NCBI RefSeq assembly: GCF_009914755.1 | Contig: NC_060942.1 | Strand: one strand, 5' to 3' | Source of the DNA: the human T2T-CHM13v2.0 reference genome, Homo sapiens | Length of the DNA: 64,000 nt | Shown here: positions 43,730 to 58,600 of the stretch, piece by piece | How positions within the stretch are numbered: position 1 is the stretch's first letter | How the letters are laid out: each line of letters starts with the position of its first letter | Notes under the pieces: generated by a model | The model's input: the letters and a program-made list of their open reading frames with translations, nothing else | Told to the model about the DNA's origin: nothing | Databases searched by the model: none | Translations under genes and position numbers: made by a program

Positions 43730-45329
43730 TCAAGAACCAAAGAATGATTAGCAGGATTCCTCATTTCAAATCAGGTTCAGATTCAAGTGATTCTTTCAAG
43801 GCTCCTTTCAGTCTTCTGGGCTTTCTTCTCTTGCTCTTATGTCTTTCTCTTGGATATTTTATGGAGTTCTCACTTCTTCCTTTGACAAGCTTTAAAATTC
43901 CAAATTGATCTTTAATTTTTCAACTGAGGTTGGTTAGTTTTATTGCCCTTGTGAGCATGTTAGAAGGGAATCATTCTTAAGCTCTTCTTTTCATCTGATG
44001 TTTTTTTTTTAATACAATAGCCACAGATTACTTACTTACTATTGCAGCTTTTGGATGCACCTGAAAACTGTGCTTTTTGCTTAAGACTTCACACACAAAA
44101 AAATACATTTTAAGTTAAATAACTAAATTGTTACAGAATTTCGTATGAAAATTGATCTACGTTTTAATTGGCTTCATTATAATGCATTGTAAGTCCCATC
44201 ACTGTAACAGTATGTTACATCAAGAGGGCCTTTCAATAACCTTAACCCAAATTCAAGAGTAAGGAAGGAGAAAGAAAGGGAGGGAAGGGTAGGAAGAGAG
44301 AGCTTTAAAGTATCAGAAAACAACCAATAGGCAGGTAAATGCTTATAGAAAAATTTAAGATCTCCTACCTCATGCACAAAATGTTAGGGCCAGCAATGAA
44401 GAGGAAGAGTATCTTAGCTAGCTAATTATTAGCCCTTGGGCATTTCCAAACAGAGAGAAATGGAGTCCTCTAGGTTTATCACATTTTTTTTATTATTGAG
44501 TTTAGTTACAGAAGCCTGGATGTTTACTTCATCCTGTATGTTTGTTTTCATTTATTTTTCAGCCAAGACACTGGACATTGATTTCCTTTTGCGTTTTATT
44601 TAAAATGAATTCACAACTGTGGAGGAGAAAGGCAAAGCCAAAATCTTTGCCCTGAGCACAAACCAAAGTAAAATCAAAGCATTTCTGAGAGTGTGAGTTG
44701 TTCAGCTGAATTTCCTTAAAAAAAAAAAAAAAAAAAAATTCATCAAGCAATTGCGCTGCTGAAATGGATCAGACATGGAGGCAGAAATCAGAGGAGAAAC
44801 TCTTGGCATGCCAACTCATGCAGGATAATTTTCACATCAAAGAACTTCAAAATAGGATTTTTCTGAGTATTTTAACTTTTAGCTAGCTGACTCAAATCCT
44901 TTCTGGAAGCAAGCAGGTTATAAATTATAACTACATAAGTAAATAAATCTCATGGTAATATCCAGATATCACCCAGTTAAAAGTTTACCTATCACAACCC
45001 CATGTCATTGTGTGAAGTTAGGGTCAGGGTTATCTTCATATCACAATTCTTTTTCTTCAAAGAATTGGGTAGATATATGCGAGTATCCATACCAAAGAAG
45101 AACTTTCTGGAAGAAAGACCAGCATTTGCAATGGCTTTAAGGTTTGAAAAATAGGCTGGGAGCTCAGGAACAGTGAGAAAACAAGTAAGAATAGGATGGA
45201 GTATGCTGACAGAAATGAAACCAGAAATGTAAATTATGAATAGATTAGGAAGCTCTTCTATGCCATTTTAAAGACGTTTTTTGTGTGTGTGCACAATGCC
45301 ATCCTAGAGGCTTGATAATTCACACTCGG

Positions 45330-45445
45330 TTTATAGCCTGTTTTTGTTGCTAATTATCTTCCTAACTTTGTATAAACATCATAATTTTTCAGACATCAGT
45401 TTTTTCATCTATAAATGATGAAATTGAGATTAAAATGCTTTCAAT
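45330..45445 (+). mobile_element. MIR fragment
   Basis: tcagtttttttcatctataaatga. Confidence 0.5.
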
Positions 45446-46319
45446 GTTTCATATTTATGACTATATATAATTGTATCATTTATCTATATCATTATATCAT
45501 AGATCTATATACAAATACATATAAATAATCTATATGTTCAGAGGAAAATAAATCAATATTAATACAACTACAATTTTTAATTCCTAATAATTATCTGCAA
45601 TATAAATATCTCTATAGTTTCTAAGCTTTCCAGTTGTATCTTTCACCATATTAACATTCTCACTTCATTACTCTATTTATAAAATGTGTCCTAGGTTTTT
45701 TTGATCCCTTTCTTCCCTTTCTCTGCAACCACTTTGATCCTATAACATCTATTGAAATTATGGCTTTCTCTAGATTTCAGTCCAACTCTCCTTCCTCTAA
45801 TAAATCTTCTATGTAACCTCACAATGAATTTAGAATTTTTTCTTGAAATTCCCAATGTACATGTATGCTGTTTGTACCTGTTCTATCTTCACTTAGAGCT
45901 TCTCCAGTCAGTATTCCTTACTAAATTGCTGTCTTCTACAGGAATTGAAAGTTCCACACTCACATTTGTAACCTTCCATATACTTTGTTAGGAACTCCAA
46001 TATATTTTGTACATGGGAAGTTATCCAACAATAATTTTTGAAATTATATTCAATGTTATATTTGTATCCCTTGGAAGAAAAGGCTATTTAGTACTTAAAT
46101 ATGTGAAAGGTTTCAGTGATTAATTTTATGAAGCAAACAGAAAAATAAAAATAAACAGTGGCTATGGGGCCAGGAAGAAATACTCGGTAGATTGCAATAA
46201 AGAGAATGGCTGCATATTCTCCTCTGGAGATTTCTCAAAAGTCTCTTCCTATTTTATGAATTTATCATCCTGTGTCTCTTTATCATAGCCCATCTTTCTC
46301 ATGGAATGTGAATTAGTGC

Positions 46320-46525
46320 AAGGTAGTGCATGATACAGAGTACAAAATGAAGAATCTCAAGGCTATATGTTTTTGTCATTATAGTTGAATTTGGGCAAGT
46401 AACTTAGTGATCTAAGTTCAACTGTGGAAGAGTCATGTCCTCTTCCATAAAATGGAAAAAAGAATGCCTGTACTTTCCATTTGATAGGGTTATTCTGAAA
46501 ATGAAAAGGGATGATATATTTAATA
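46320..46525 (+). mobile_element. MIR fragment
   Basis: ttgggcaagtaactta...ccataaaatgg...atagggttattctgaaaatgaaa. Confidence 0.55.
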
Positions 46526-49334
46526 ACAAATAGTACATTAGTCTCATCTATGTTTTTTAGTTTCCTGACTATGTAGTGGAGGTTAGGCCTCCATAACTAT
46601 GTGCATGTTTTCTGACATGATAAACATTCTTCTGTTTTATAAAATTAATTCTACTTCCCCTTATAAAGTAAAGCACAGTGAGCATCTTCTCCAGAAAGAC
46701 TTCACAGATACTCAAATTTACTATATGCTCTACCATAGCCCCTCTCATCCTGGATCACAACCTTTGATTTAATTTTCAGTCTTCATTATGATGATGCAAA
46801 GACCTCGTCTTCTGGGACTAAAACTTAGACAAACATTGAATCTTTTACACATTATTATTCAGTAAATGTTGGTTGGGTGAATAAACTTTAAAACATATCT
46901 CAGTTTTTACCCAATTCCTTATAAAGTTTAAAACAGTAATCTCCTAGTTTGTAATTTTGTGATAATTGTGGTTCAGTTTTGTAAAATCAACAGTCACATA
47001 ACTTGAATCTGAGGCCTAGCAGAAAACCCAAGAAATATTTATGATAGCATTGTAGAAGCTCTCATAATGGCCTAGTAGAAAACCCAAGGCATAGTTAGGA
47101 GAGCATTCTACTTTTTGCAGAAGTTTCCTCTAAAATAAATAAAGAAGTTTATACAGACACGTCACAGAATATTTATTAGGAATGATATTGAAAAGCAGAA
47201 ACATGAACATGGGGCCTGCTTTGTATAAAGGCATGCTTCACTTGGTAATTTCTAAAAAAAAATTCTCCCTAATCCTGTTTCAATATGCTAATCCCCTTCA
47301 TTCCTTCATCAAGCCTGCTTTAGAATTGTTTTATATACAATAGCCTCGTACTCTGCAGAGGTGACTAAACTTTAATGTTACCTAAGGTTCCCTGCATCAA
47401 TTTATTCAAAGGCACAGAAATATGGGAATGAAATAGGCCATAAAGATAAAATACATTATTAAATAGAATTATTGTCATTGTTATTATTCTCTCAACGAAC
47501 AGGGAGATGAAGAGCTGAATTGTGCACCATATGGTAATTGCTTGGAAGATAACAGCAACTTACGGTCACACCTTCAGCATCCAGCCACATTGTTTGCTGC
47601 ATTTCAGGTGCCAGTGTGGCAGAGGGCCAGCCCAGGAAAGATGAACTGGCAGAGAGAGAATGACAGACATTAGGCATAAGTACTTTTCATGTCAAGCCTT
47701 TGGCGTGTTCATTGTTGAAAAAATCTGTTCTCAGAAATGCTTTCCAAAATGCACAAGTTATGCTATGAAGGCATATGATAACTTCTGCTATCCAGGGATA
47801 TGTTAATATGGACCATCCTGGGAGATGCCAAATCACAGCCAGGATAATGGGTGATTCCAGATGTCTGTCTGGTCCCAATCGTCATGCCCAAGGGACATTG
47901 TGAAACTAAAAAAGGAAAGTTTAGGTAAAATTTTTTGATGCATGATGACTTCCTCTACCAGTAGCCAATTTTGAAAGAGACAAAGAGCAATTTGAACCTC
48001 TCATATTCTAGTATGTGCAGACTTTCATTTTCACGATCTATATTTAAATCACAGATTTGAATTATCTATCTTTCCCGCAGTAAGAGGAGAAACTTTTTCA
48101 AAGTTATTAAAGGTAAGATTTCTACTTTAGACGGTTTAAAAGCTATCTTAGTTTTGAATAGTGTTGTTCAGCTTACTAACATTACTTCTTGAAAGGTTAG
48201 CTCACTGTAGAAAAGAGTTTGATTTGCCAGTGCTTTTAAGGAAGGCATTATATTATATTATTGAATAATAATATACATTATTATTACATTACATTATAAT
48301 ATTGAATCTTCCCCAAAACATCATCATGTTAATATGTTAATCATATTACATTATTACATAAACATATTACATATTAATCAGTTTTCATTTTCTTTCCAAA
48401 TAAACATTTCAAGGAAACAGAAAAATGATTTTCCCAAAGTCACTAAACTGGACTGTGATAGAAATAGAATACAAATATATTTCCTGTATTCAAAACAAAT
48501 GATCTCTGATATCTTTCTTATGTTAATAAGCAGTCATTTATTATAATTTTCTTTTGAGAGCCAGTTTGATAATTTCATTATTGGGTTTTCCAAAAATATT
48601 TTGTATTTGAAATCTAGTAAATGATATGTAATTTATAAATGATAAAATATATCTATGTATCCATCCTATATTTAATTGATTACAAAATTGGTAAGAATGA
48701 TTATCTTATATTTTATAAGTGAAAAGTTTTAACTGTGTAGAAATGCTCAAAGGCAGAAAACATACCTACAACACAACTATTTCTCTAGCTGATATCTTTG
48801 ACTGAGTTCACAAACCTGCCTTAAAAGCATCAGCAAATCAAACTCTCTTTTCTACAGTGAGCTACTAGCCTTTCAAGAAGTAATAGAACCTTAAATGTAG
48901 AAATGCTTTTGGAATTTATTCAGAACAGTAGAAATCTCAATCCAAAAGCACAGCTGAATATTCATGGAGCGTTTTTATTTATCCAAACTTATCCTTGGGA
49001 AAACACAATTTTGGAATGATCACCATAATATCTTGGACAGCAAAATGATCTTATATATAAATGTTTGCTTCTGTCATAGCTGTTGTTGCATTATAAGTGC
49101 ACACAAATACACACGTGAATATGCATATATGAGATTAAAAACACATTTAGAGCTCTAATTGTATTTTATGAATATTTTACTATACCATGGCTATGAAAGC
49201 TTTCCTAATGAAAAAATAAAAAAGTTAAATATCTCTGTAGTAAAGATATTTATTGACTTTCCACAGTGACCTCAGCCCTGATCCGGGCACTGTGGTTAGG
49301 AAAAGTATCAAAGATGATTCTTAAAGATCGTGCA

Positions 49335-49839
49335 TGTTTGGGCTCAGAATATAATACTCTCAAATATGGGCAAATTGACAATTGAGAAAACGGTAGAAAC
49401 AAGAAGGTCAATCTGACCTTCCTCTGGCTTTCTGTGTGAGAGCTAGCCATAAAGGAGTTATCTGACTAACCTCGCTTAAAGTAGATCATAGGTCGGATGG
49501 ATCTTGACCTCCATCTGGAGGACAAGAAATATCTGAACAGACAAACCTTTCTGACACACCCCATCACTCCCAGGTAATTAGCATTAAATCATGCCCTTTT
49601 TGACCCATCATACTTCTACACAACCGTCCACTATTCATAGAATTTAAACATAAAAATACGAAGTTTTTCCTGGGTTTTTTGGTCCTTATTTCTAAGTCCC
49701 CCATGTCATGTAAAAATTTGTTTAAATTAATTTGGTATGCTTTTCTCTTGTTAATCTGTCTTATTATAATAAGACATATTATAATAAGTCATATATGACC
49801 CTTGAAATGGGTGAGAAAAGGGTATTTCTCTCCTTTATA
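49335..49839 (+). mobile_element. ERV1 solo LTR, MER39/MER34 group
   Basis: tgtttgggctcagaat...caaatatgg; catgtcatgtaaaa...tatgcttttctcttgttaatctgtct; gaaatgggtgagaaaag. Confidence 0.75.
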
Positions 49840-50113
49840 TGTTCTTTCACAGGGAGGATCAAGATATACACAAGCACATCTTGAATAGGGCAATACAGAT
49901 ATTGAAATAAGTAACAGAGGGTAGAAGATTCAAGAGTGAATATGCAGGTGTACAAATAATTCCTTAAAAATTACTGAAAGCAGACACCAAGTGCCCTCCA
50001 GCCTGTTGGTCTTTGGAGTAACATGTGCAATTCAATAGCTATTTGCCCAGTGCACAGAAAACTTCAAGGGGATGGTACTCCTGTGAGTGGCCTTTCATGG
50101 CTCCTTAGAGCTT

Positions 50114-50491
50114 TTCTATGGACTAAATTGTGCACACACACTCCCTCCCCTCCCCCGCCGCCGCCAAATTTATATGTTGAAGTTCTAACAGCCAATTTCA
50201 TTACATTTAGAGACAAAGTCTATAAGGAGGTTGTTAAAGTTAAATGAGTTCAAAGAGTAAGGTCCTGGTACAAAACAACTGGTAGTCTGGTAAGAATAAA
50301 CACCAATGAGCTCCCTCTCAATCTCTTCATCATGTGAGGACATAGCGAGAAGGAGGCCATCTGCAAACCGGGAAGAGAGCCCACACCAGGAAGTGAATCT
50401 GCCAGCACCTTGATCTTAAACTTCCCAGCCTCCAGAACTGTCTAAGACAGGTTAGGGTATTTTGTTATGGCAGCCCAAGCAGACCAATACA
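50114..50491 (+). mobile_element. MaLR solo LTR, MLT1A/MLT1A0-like
   Basis: catgtgaggacatagcgagaaggaggccatctgcaaacc...cttcccagcctccagaactgt...ttttgttatggcagccc; TSD agctt / ggctt. Confidence 0.88.
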
Positions 50492-50519
50492 GGCTTTGTT
50501 ACGAAGAGAACCATAATGG

Positions 50520-50930
50520 CATGATCCAGTCATCAACTACATTCTCGTTTGCTTTCTTTACTCCAGCCACGTCAGTGCTTTTGGTTTTCCTTGAATGTTC
50601 CAGGCGCCTTTGAGTTTGGTGTATCCCTCATTACAGACATAGGTCATTTCTTCATCTACTTCAAGCCATTTTGCAAATAGTACCTTGTTAGTGAGGATTT
50701 CACTGACGATCTCTAAATTGAAGTGCCTTTCAATATCCCTATTGATTTCCCCTGCTTTTCTCCTCTACATTTATATTCAATGTACATACAGTGTATTGTA
50801 CTTGTTAATTTTAATTATTTGCTCTCTTTTCTCACTGGAATGAAAGCACCAAAATAACCAAGATTATTAATTGTTTTATTAATTATGCTTAGTACCTGGC
50901 ACATAATTGGTGCCCAATAAATATAAATCA
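50520..50930 (+). mobile_element. L2 3' region
   Basis: cactggaatgaaagc...agtacctggcacataattggtgcccaataaata. Confidence 0.75.
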
Positions 50931-53199
50931 TATTGAATATAATGTTATCACAGAGCTTAACAAATTTATAAGATGTAGAAAAAGGCTAACAATGGTTGTA
51001 AACCAATGCTGATGGAGAAGATGGGGTGTTATAGAATATAGTTTATTCCTTGACTCAACAATCATTTCTTGAGTACATACTACAGATCTGGCACCTGCAT
51101 CAGTGGTTTTAGAAGTCTGTAGTCCCAAGGGGGATAAGAAAGAGAGTAGAAGAGAGAAAGAACCAAAAGGTAATGATGAAATGAGAATAAATATATGATA
51201 GATAATATTATTTCCTCTTCTCATTCATCAGAGTTACAAAAATCAATTAAAAGATTATCCATTGCTATTACTGTTGTCTATTTGCAATTGTATTAAAGAA
51301 TATGTTTGAATCTGAATGGCAAAGGGAAGGAAAAAGGGAAATGATAATAACATTATTTTTGGTTTGCTTAGGTAGGTAGTTTAAATTTATTTCCTGATAC
51401 ATATGTAAAACCATCGCTAAAACTGTAGCAAAATGTATTACGGAGGGAGGGGTGAGGGAAGAGGAAACTTTAAATAATATAGATTAAGAAACAATCAAGA
51501 TGACACGTCAAAATTAATATAATAAGGCCATAGAAATCAAGAGCAAACTGAACTTCTGAGATATCAGGTCAATAACTATGGTTTTTTTACAAATGCATCT
51601 CAGGAAAGACAACTTCTAGAGTAGGAAGCAAGTTCATGAATGAGAAGTGGATGCTTTCAGAATCCCATCTTACTCACTTTGGATGAGATAAATTAGGATT
51701 AGCATAAACAGATCTAACACACCATATACTTTTCTTCTTCGTGATATATTTGTTGTTATCCTTTCAATCCTTGTCCTGAGAATAGAAAGCTTTATGGAGA
51801 TATAGTAGGAAGAAAAGCTGCTTAATGGGGCACACTACAGCAAACATTATTGATCAATTTTGTTTTACTTGTAAGAATGATTGAATGTGCAAGTAATTGA
51901 GATGTCATTTTGTAGCTTGAACATTTTATTTTCTAGAATGTGTGTTTTCTCTGAGAGAATTTATTTCAGAAAAAATAAAGAACCAGAGATGATGTATTGA
52001 ACAGGAAAAACACACCATTTGACAAGAAGATTTGTCTGGGTCACCCTCTTGATTTCATGGTTTCATGGTACCATTTTGTTTTGTCAGTGGTGAAATTTTG
52101 CCAGCTCGAGGCTAAAGCAAAGATTCTGTTCTAGCATTTCCCATTTTATCTCCCTTCCTAAATGCTTTATTCTATTTCATTAAACCACTCCCTTCTGCCT
52201 TTTCTGGTGCTTTGTAACTGCTTCCTCAAAACTTGCTGTAGTGAAGAGATCTAATAAACTCATTCGTATTTACATGTAAATAATTCATAAGCTCTACTTA
52301 ACGTGTGGACACTCTCTACATACATCTGTTTACAAATATACATTCAACCATTCCCAAATAGCTATATATTTTAAGAGAGGGCAATAAAGAAAGAAGAAAA
52401 ATGATGCTCTGGTAGCAGGCAAAGTTGAACAAGGGGAAAGTATTCTGTCTCCCTCTGCAAATGTTGAATTAGTGGATATTTACTGACTGCTTCTGCTGAA
52501 ATGAAATTATGCAATAATGTCCTAAACCATCTAAGAATATAACCAGCCTGTCTCTTTCTGAAAGCTTCTGAAATTCCAACTACTTTATCTTTGTGCACAA
52601 CGTAGAGACAATTGTTAGCAAACAGGGAATAAAAAATTACATTGAAACCATATCTAACTTTAGATTGAGGCCAACTAGGCAATCACTATGAATGTGGTTT
52701 GAAGGAATTCTCACTCATAAACATCTCCTCTCTCTCTTCACCAAATTATCTGGTATAATTCCATTAGAAATTGGTCCCTTCAGGTTACAGGACTGTTTCT
52801 AGTTAAATTGGAAATTTCCCTGAAAACTGAAACACTATAAGCCTAATCAGCAATTAATACTTTATGTGATGGAAGTTCAGTTCCTTTCCAACATAACTAG
52901 CTAATATCAGCTTTTTCAGAAAGAAATTCCATAGGTAAAGTGTGGCTGGAAGGAAGAAGGTAATGAGATGTTTCAGACAAGTGATATCTTGGGTTCAGCT
53001 TTATAATTCTGGTCATTTAAAAAAAGCATTGGGACTCAGGGAAGTGGCACTAATATGAGACAAAGAATTCTAACAGAGAGCTAGTGGAAACGTTTGTTGA
53101 CATTACAACAAACATTGTTGATAAAGTCTGGCATATAATGATAAAGATATATTCTCTGACCTCAAAAATTACTTGCATACAAAATGGCAAGTTATTTGA

Positions 53200-53420
53200 T
53201 GCACATATTGACTGATTACCATGAAAGCCCTGAACTTACATGTCAGGAGATCTGTCCAAGCATCGGCTCTACTTTTCCAGCTGTAAATCCTTAGGCAAGC
53301 CACATAAATTCTCTGAAGCACAGTTTTGTTTTGTTTTTAAATAATAGAGTTAACAGCATCTTCCCCCATCATAACAATAGGGTAATACATTAAGTAAAGT
53401 GTATTCTGTAAACAAAATCA
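53200..53420 (+). mobile_element. MIR
   Basis: ggctctacttttccagctgtaaatccttaggcaagccacat...tctctgaagcacagtttt. Confidence 0.65.
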
Positions 53421-55529
53421 ACAGTGTTGTAATCTATAGTGCAGAGTGTACTTGGGAGCTGTTGCAACATTAATTGTTGACTCCTTATTTTGCCTTGTTT
53501 TAACTCTCAAAACCCGTATTGTCAGTGTTATGTATTTGGAGATCATACTAGATATGAATTTTTTTCCTGTAGGTTAACAAAACAATATGGGGCTAGGGGA
53601 AAATACAAACTCTGCTGTAAGTGTTCAAGGGATACAAGTAGCTTTCCTGGATGGAGTTCATCAGTGAGGACTTCTCCAGAGATTTAGGGATTACCCTTTA
53701 AGGAATGGAAAGAACAATTTTGCATTGAGAGGGAAGTAATAGTTGTATAAAAAGTAAGAGCTTCTGGTTTTCTTTGGGGTTGGACCAGAGGTTGACATAG
53801 AAACATTAGGAAATTATGGAGAACAATGCATCTGAGAAGGATTTGGATCCTAATTTGTAGGTCTTAATTTTATCCTATGAGCAAGATAAACCTCTTGACA
53901 AGAGCAGTAATGTAAGTTATACACCTGGTTTGAGATAGACAGACTAAGAAGACAGAGGCTAAGATAATCCAGTGTAGGGCCTTGTGTAATTGCTCAAAGA
54001 TGTGATAATAATAGTGTTAATTTTAACAGAGGGTAGAATCATGGTAAGTTGTAGGCAGGGACCAGTAGCAATGAGAATGAAAAAACAGGAGTGTATTAGA
54101 TATTCCTTGGACTGATGCAAAACAGCTAAGAGGATTGAATGAGAGTGTTGAAGAAATGGTAATTAAAAAATAAAAAAAAATTTGCACTGAAAGTAGCCGT
54201 GGTATGTCTCTTATTTCAATTTTTCATTATGTAGATGATAATAGTGAGGTTCAGAAAGTCTAAACAATTTGCCTGGGTAGCGAGACAATACTTCTAGGTA
54301 GGTTTGCTACTTCTTAGCTCACAATTTTTCTACACTTCAACAAAAACAAAAATTAATTTTAGAAGAGTAGAAATTGAAAATCACTTTTAACTGAAATGAG
54401 GTCATACAAAGACATTGCTAAAAAGCTTACATTACATGAGCCTATTTTTATGTGAAAAATATTTAACTAGAAATTGCCCACAAACAAATATAAATGTGAG
54501 ATTAAAACTCATAAGAGGGATTAGCAATAAGATTATGTAACTGAACATAATTTTAATAGGCTTTGAATTTCAGCCCTCAGAATATTCTCACTAGCATTTT
54601 AGGCAAATATGAATTTGATCAGGATAACGTAACAGGAAGGTGGAAATCAATGAACTAGAATGTCCACTCCTTGCTTAAAGCTAATGTCTTCCCATTGCTC
54701 AAAGGTAGAGTTCAAATTTTCAAAATGACTTAAAAAGCTATCCATCATCCAGACGCTTCCTGTCCTTCTAGGTTTATCTTTTAGCACACTGTCATCCACT
54801 CTCTATCATCCAAACAAAGGAAACTATTTGATATGTGTCCAGTATGGGTGAATAAAGAAAAAATTCCTGGAGATACTGAGTTTTGACTGATAATGTGGAG
54901 TGAGTTGAGAGAGGGGTCTGAGAGTGGAATGAAGATGAGGAAAAAAGATTCTACACAAAAGAAGATGCAAAATTATGTGACATGGGAGAATGTCCTGTTC
55001 AAACAACTTCTGGAGACTCAATAGTGATGACTATTCTAAAGTGCATGTGAAGGGTGGGGAAGTTCAGAAGACAGTGGAAGGGCTGGGGATGCAGTATGCC
55101 ATTTCCAAATAATTATCTGTATTTCTCCTAAAAAATTGTAAGCCCATGTAAATTGTGTCAAATATTTCTCAGCTCTGTGTTCCAAACCTTACACTTTGTT
55201 ACCTACAAAACATTTATTTTAAATGTTTACTGTCAGTATTTTGAGGGTGGTGGGTGGGAGTAAACAGTATTTCTAGGTTCCACAATATTCAATCATTTTT
55301 AACAATTTAAAGAACAGCACATTCAAAATAACATGATTTTGGTGATTTGATAATTTTTGCTGTTTGCATCTGTTATAAATACCATGTGTCTGCCACTAAT
55401 GTTTTCCATTTTCTAATTTTAATGTTCTGTTTCTAAAAGAACTACCTTACTATATATTACAGGCATTTTTATACTCATTTGCTTTAGGGTAATTTAAGTA
55501 ATTTAAGTATGCCTATGTGATATTTGTAT

Positions 55530-55655
55530 GTTTTCTTTCTTCCCTAGGCTATGAGCTTTTTGAAGACTGTTTCTCTTTTGTGTTTTGTACATCCAGATCA
55601 TGGCACAGTGCCTGAAATGCAGTAGGAGCTCAAGAAATGTGGGTTGAATAAGAAA
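55530..55655 (+). mobile_element. L2 3' terminus
   Basis: gcacagtgcctgaaatgcagtaggagctcaagaaatgtgggttgaat. Confidence 0.7.
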
Positions 55656-58600
55656 ATTTAAGCAACTATGTGATCTTATGCTGAAATAAATAGCATAGAC
55701 AATAAGTTGTATAGGGTCAACTAATGAAAAATTAAAGAAACATTTACTGATGACTTACGTGGTACTCAGCCTTGTACAAGTCACCAGGCCCATTAAAGAA
55801 AACACTACAACAAAAATCACAGGCCTCCATTAGCTTAACATTTACTGAAATTTAGTTAAGAAATTTATGAATATTGTGAGAGTATTAGGTCAGATGTTAA
55901 TTCCCATTAATTACAGTGGGAATTAAGTGAAGAAAAAAAACTAGTTAACAACAGAAGAGTGAAAACATTAGCAGAAATAGGCTTGCTCAGTCTCAGAAAG
56001 AGGTTGTAGTGTGGGAGTTTATATGGAAACAGTTTGGCTCTCTCTGCTATTTCTTAATACAGGATTAAACAAGAAGAAACTTTATGAAACTGCACAATTT
56101 TACTTGATTTCAATTCAACTGAAAACAATCAAATAGTCAGAAAATAATGACAGATTATTTTCAAAAATGACACCTTGGAAGTGGCTGAATTACAATTTTT
56201 GTCACTGCAAGCCTGCAGAAAATACCGTTCAGCTTCCTTGTCCACTCACTGTAGCTTTCGGAATAAGGAAATGGCTAGAGGAGAAAAGCAATGCTAACAA
56301 CTGAGTTCATCTTTCTGGGTGTTACTTTCTCCAAGATATTGGCTCCCCAGATTGTTACTATCTTGGATGTTCTTTAATGTTTTCTTATACTTCTACTTTT
56401 AATATTTTGTTCAGTATCTCTAATTGTCCTCAGTAGGAATCACAGTTCAAAATAATCTGGTCTGCTATTGCTGGAAGAGACGTTTCCTAGATTACATTTA
56501 TAAGACCCAGAATTTCATATAGAATTCTGATGCTGGGAGTTCCAGGAACCAGATTCAATGCCTCAGAATAAGGATATCCTGTTCGAGGGACCATAGAATA
56601 AATTAGTGACACTAGGAGAAAATGCCTAATTATCTGTAGGCACTAATTTCCCCAAGAGTTTTTCCAAAACTAGAGTTTACTGCACTTTCAGAGCCATTGT
56701 CAGTATTAATTCTATTTAGATTTCATAAAATCTCTCACTTTAATTTTGTTATTTGGCAGAAAAACTTTTTGAATCCCAACTTGTTAGTCTTTTTTCAATT
56801 TCCAGGAAGCAAAACCAGCCTGGGATAAATTATCTTCAATGTCTTCATCCATAAGGTTCATATCTCTAACTTTTTCTCAATCTTTTAAACCTCCAGAAAC
56901 TCAGTGCCCTTGCTCTGTTTCTTGAGTGTTCAAGATATTTTGATATTCACACTTTTCCCCTACAGATTCCTTGCTGTAAATTTCTAGAATTTTCTTCCTC
57001 CTAAATTATTTTTTTTTTCAAAAACAGTGTTCCATCACCTGGGTTTATTCAATTGTTTTTTTTCTAAGAGTGACTGTCATGCACATTGTAGAACGACTAG
57101 CATCTTTGACACCTGGGCATTAAAGACCAAGAGGAATTCTCAGTCATTTCTCATAGTAGACATTTTGAAATTGTCTACCTTTCTGACTTCAAATGCACGT
57201 GTGTCTTAAGATAATATGTAGTATTTAGGTATTGGGAATGAGGACTAGATATATTTAATAGCCTTTTTTAAACACTTAGCTTTTTAACTAGAAGAGTAGG
57301 CTCATTTAAGTTTCTCAAATACTAGTGTTTCTATATTCAATAAAATATAAGAGAAAGATATAAATCTCAAACGTCTTTTCAAGATATCTACAGTTATATT
57401 ACACACTATTATTTCCAGCAACAGTTGCTAGACAATCACAATAAAAAATGACCTTTTTTAATAGGGAGAAAAGGTGACACACCACTGCTAAGGCCAACTC
57501 CTTGAAGCATGGATGACTAGTGGTCTGTGTTAGCAAAATATGCTGGGTTTGCAAATCTTCTTCTTCTTTTTTTCTCTTTTTCATTTTTATCTGTAAATGT
57601 ATATAATTTGCTTGGTAGAACAGATCAAAGAGTGTTTCTTGGCCAAATTCCCATCTCTTTGGAAATACGTCCAGTTATCTGGGAATTTAGCTGAGGTCAA
57701 ATAAGGTACTAGATTGGTTTAGTTTAGTGATCAAAGTAAATAGATAAATAAAGTGTATCCACTCAGCTTGATGTTCAATTTATTATACATCATAGTTATA
57801 TAAACAGAAAAGTCATAATTTAAAGACTCCAGTATGTACCACTGGCCAAAATGGATAAGACTCAGCAAGAAAAAAAAATTTGCTGTACCAGCGATATTTT
57901 GTTTCTTCTTTCTGTACTAAAAACAGCTCAGTGCTATTTGGTGTGAAGTAAAAAACGGCCTTGAAGAGTGTATTCCAAGTTCAAGAATAGTTAAAGATTT
58001 AAGATATATTCATGCAGAAAATAGAAGATAATTTTTTACAATCAATACAGAAACATGGATTTAAAAGATTAGTTACTATCGGCCATTTAAGAAGGTAATT
58101 TGGCAGGAAAAAGAAAACTCTTGCAGTGGCAATCACAAAGGGTGTTGCTCATAAAAAATGCAATTGAAATTTGCCAATCTAAGCTTTAAATTAATAAAAA
58201 AATTCACACTAAAATATTTCACAAACCTTAATACCTTTTAAAGGTAGAGCTCACTAGGCAACATTTGGTATGTTTATGCAGGGCATGGATCCATGATTAT
58301 AAATATTCATTACTACATATTAATGCTCTTAGATGGTATTGAGGTAGGCAGGACTTTTTTTCCTTTCATTGCTATATTCTTTTGAATTTATCTGCTATTT
58401 CACATTTTGACTAACTCTGCCTTGACAACTATTAATTTGGCTGCAGTTAGAATGCTTACCTCCAGCAAAGTCATTCTGCTTCTTATTCCTACCCCGACAT
58501 AATTTATTGTTGTAATGTTTCATGGACTAGAAAATCAGACTGAAAATTTAGTACAGATGTGTGTAATATTACAGTAAATAATCTTTGAATCACAGTCCTA

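Noticed and set aside
48245-48380. AT-rich (cattatt/attac) low-complexity tract
   Set aside because: Ordinary slippage-derived sequence with no stable repeat unit.
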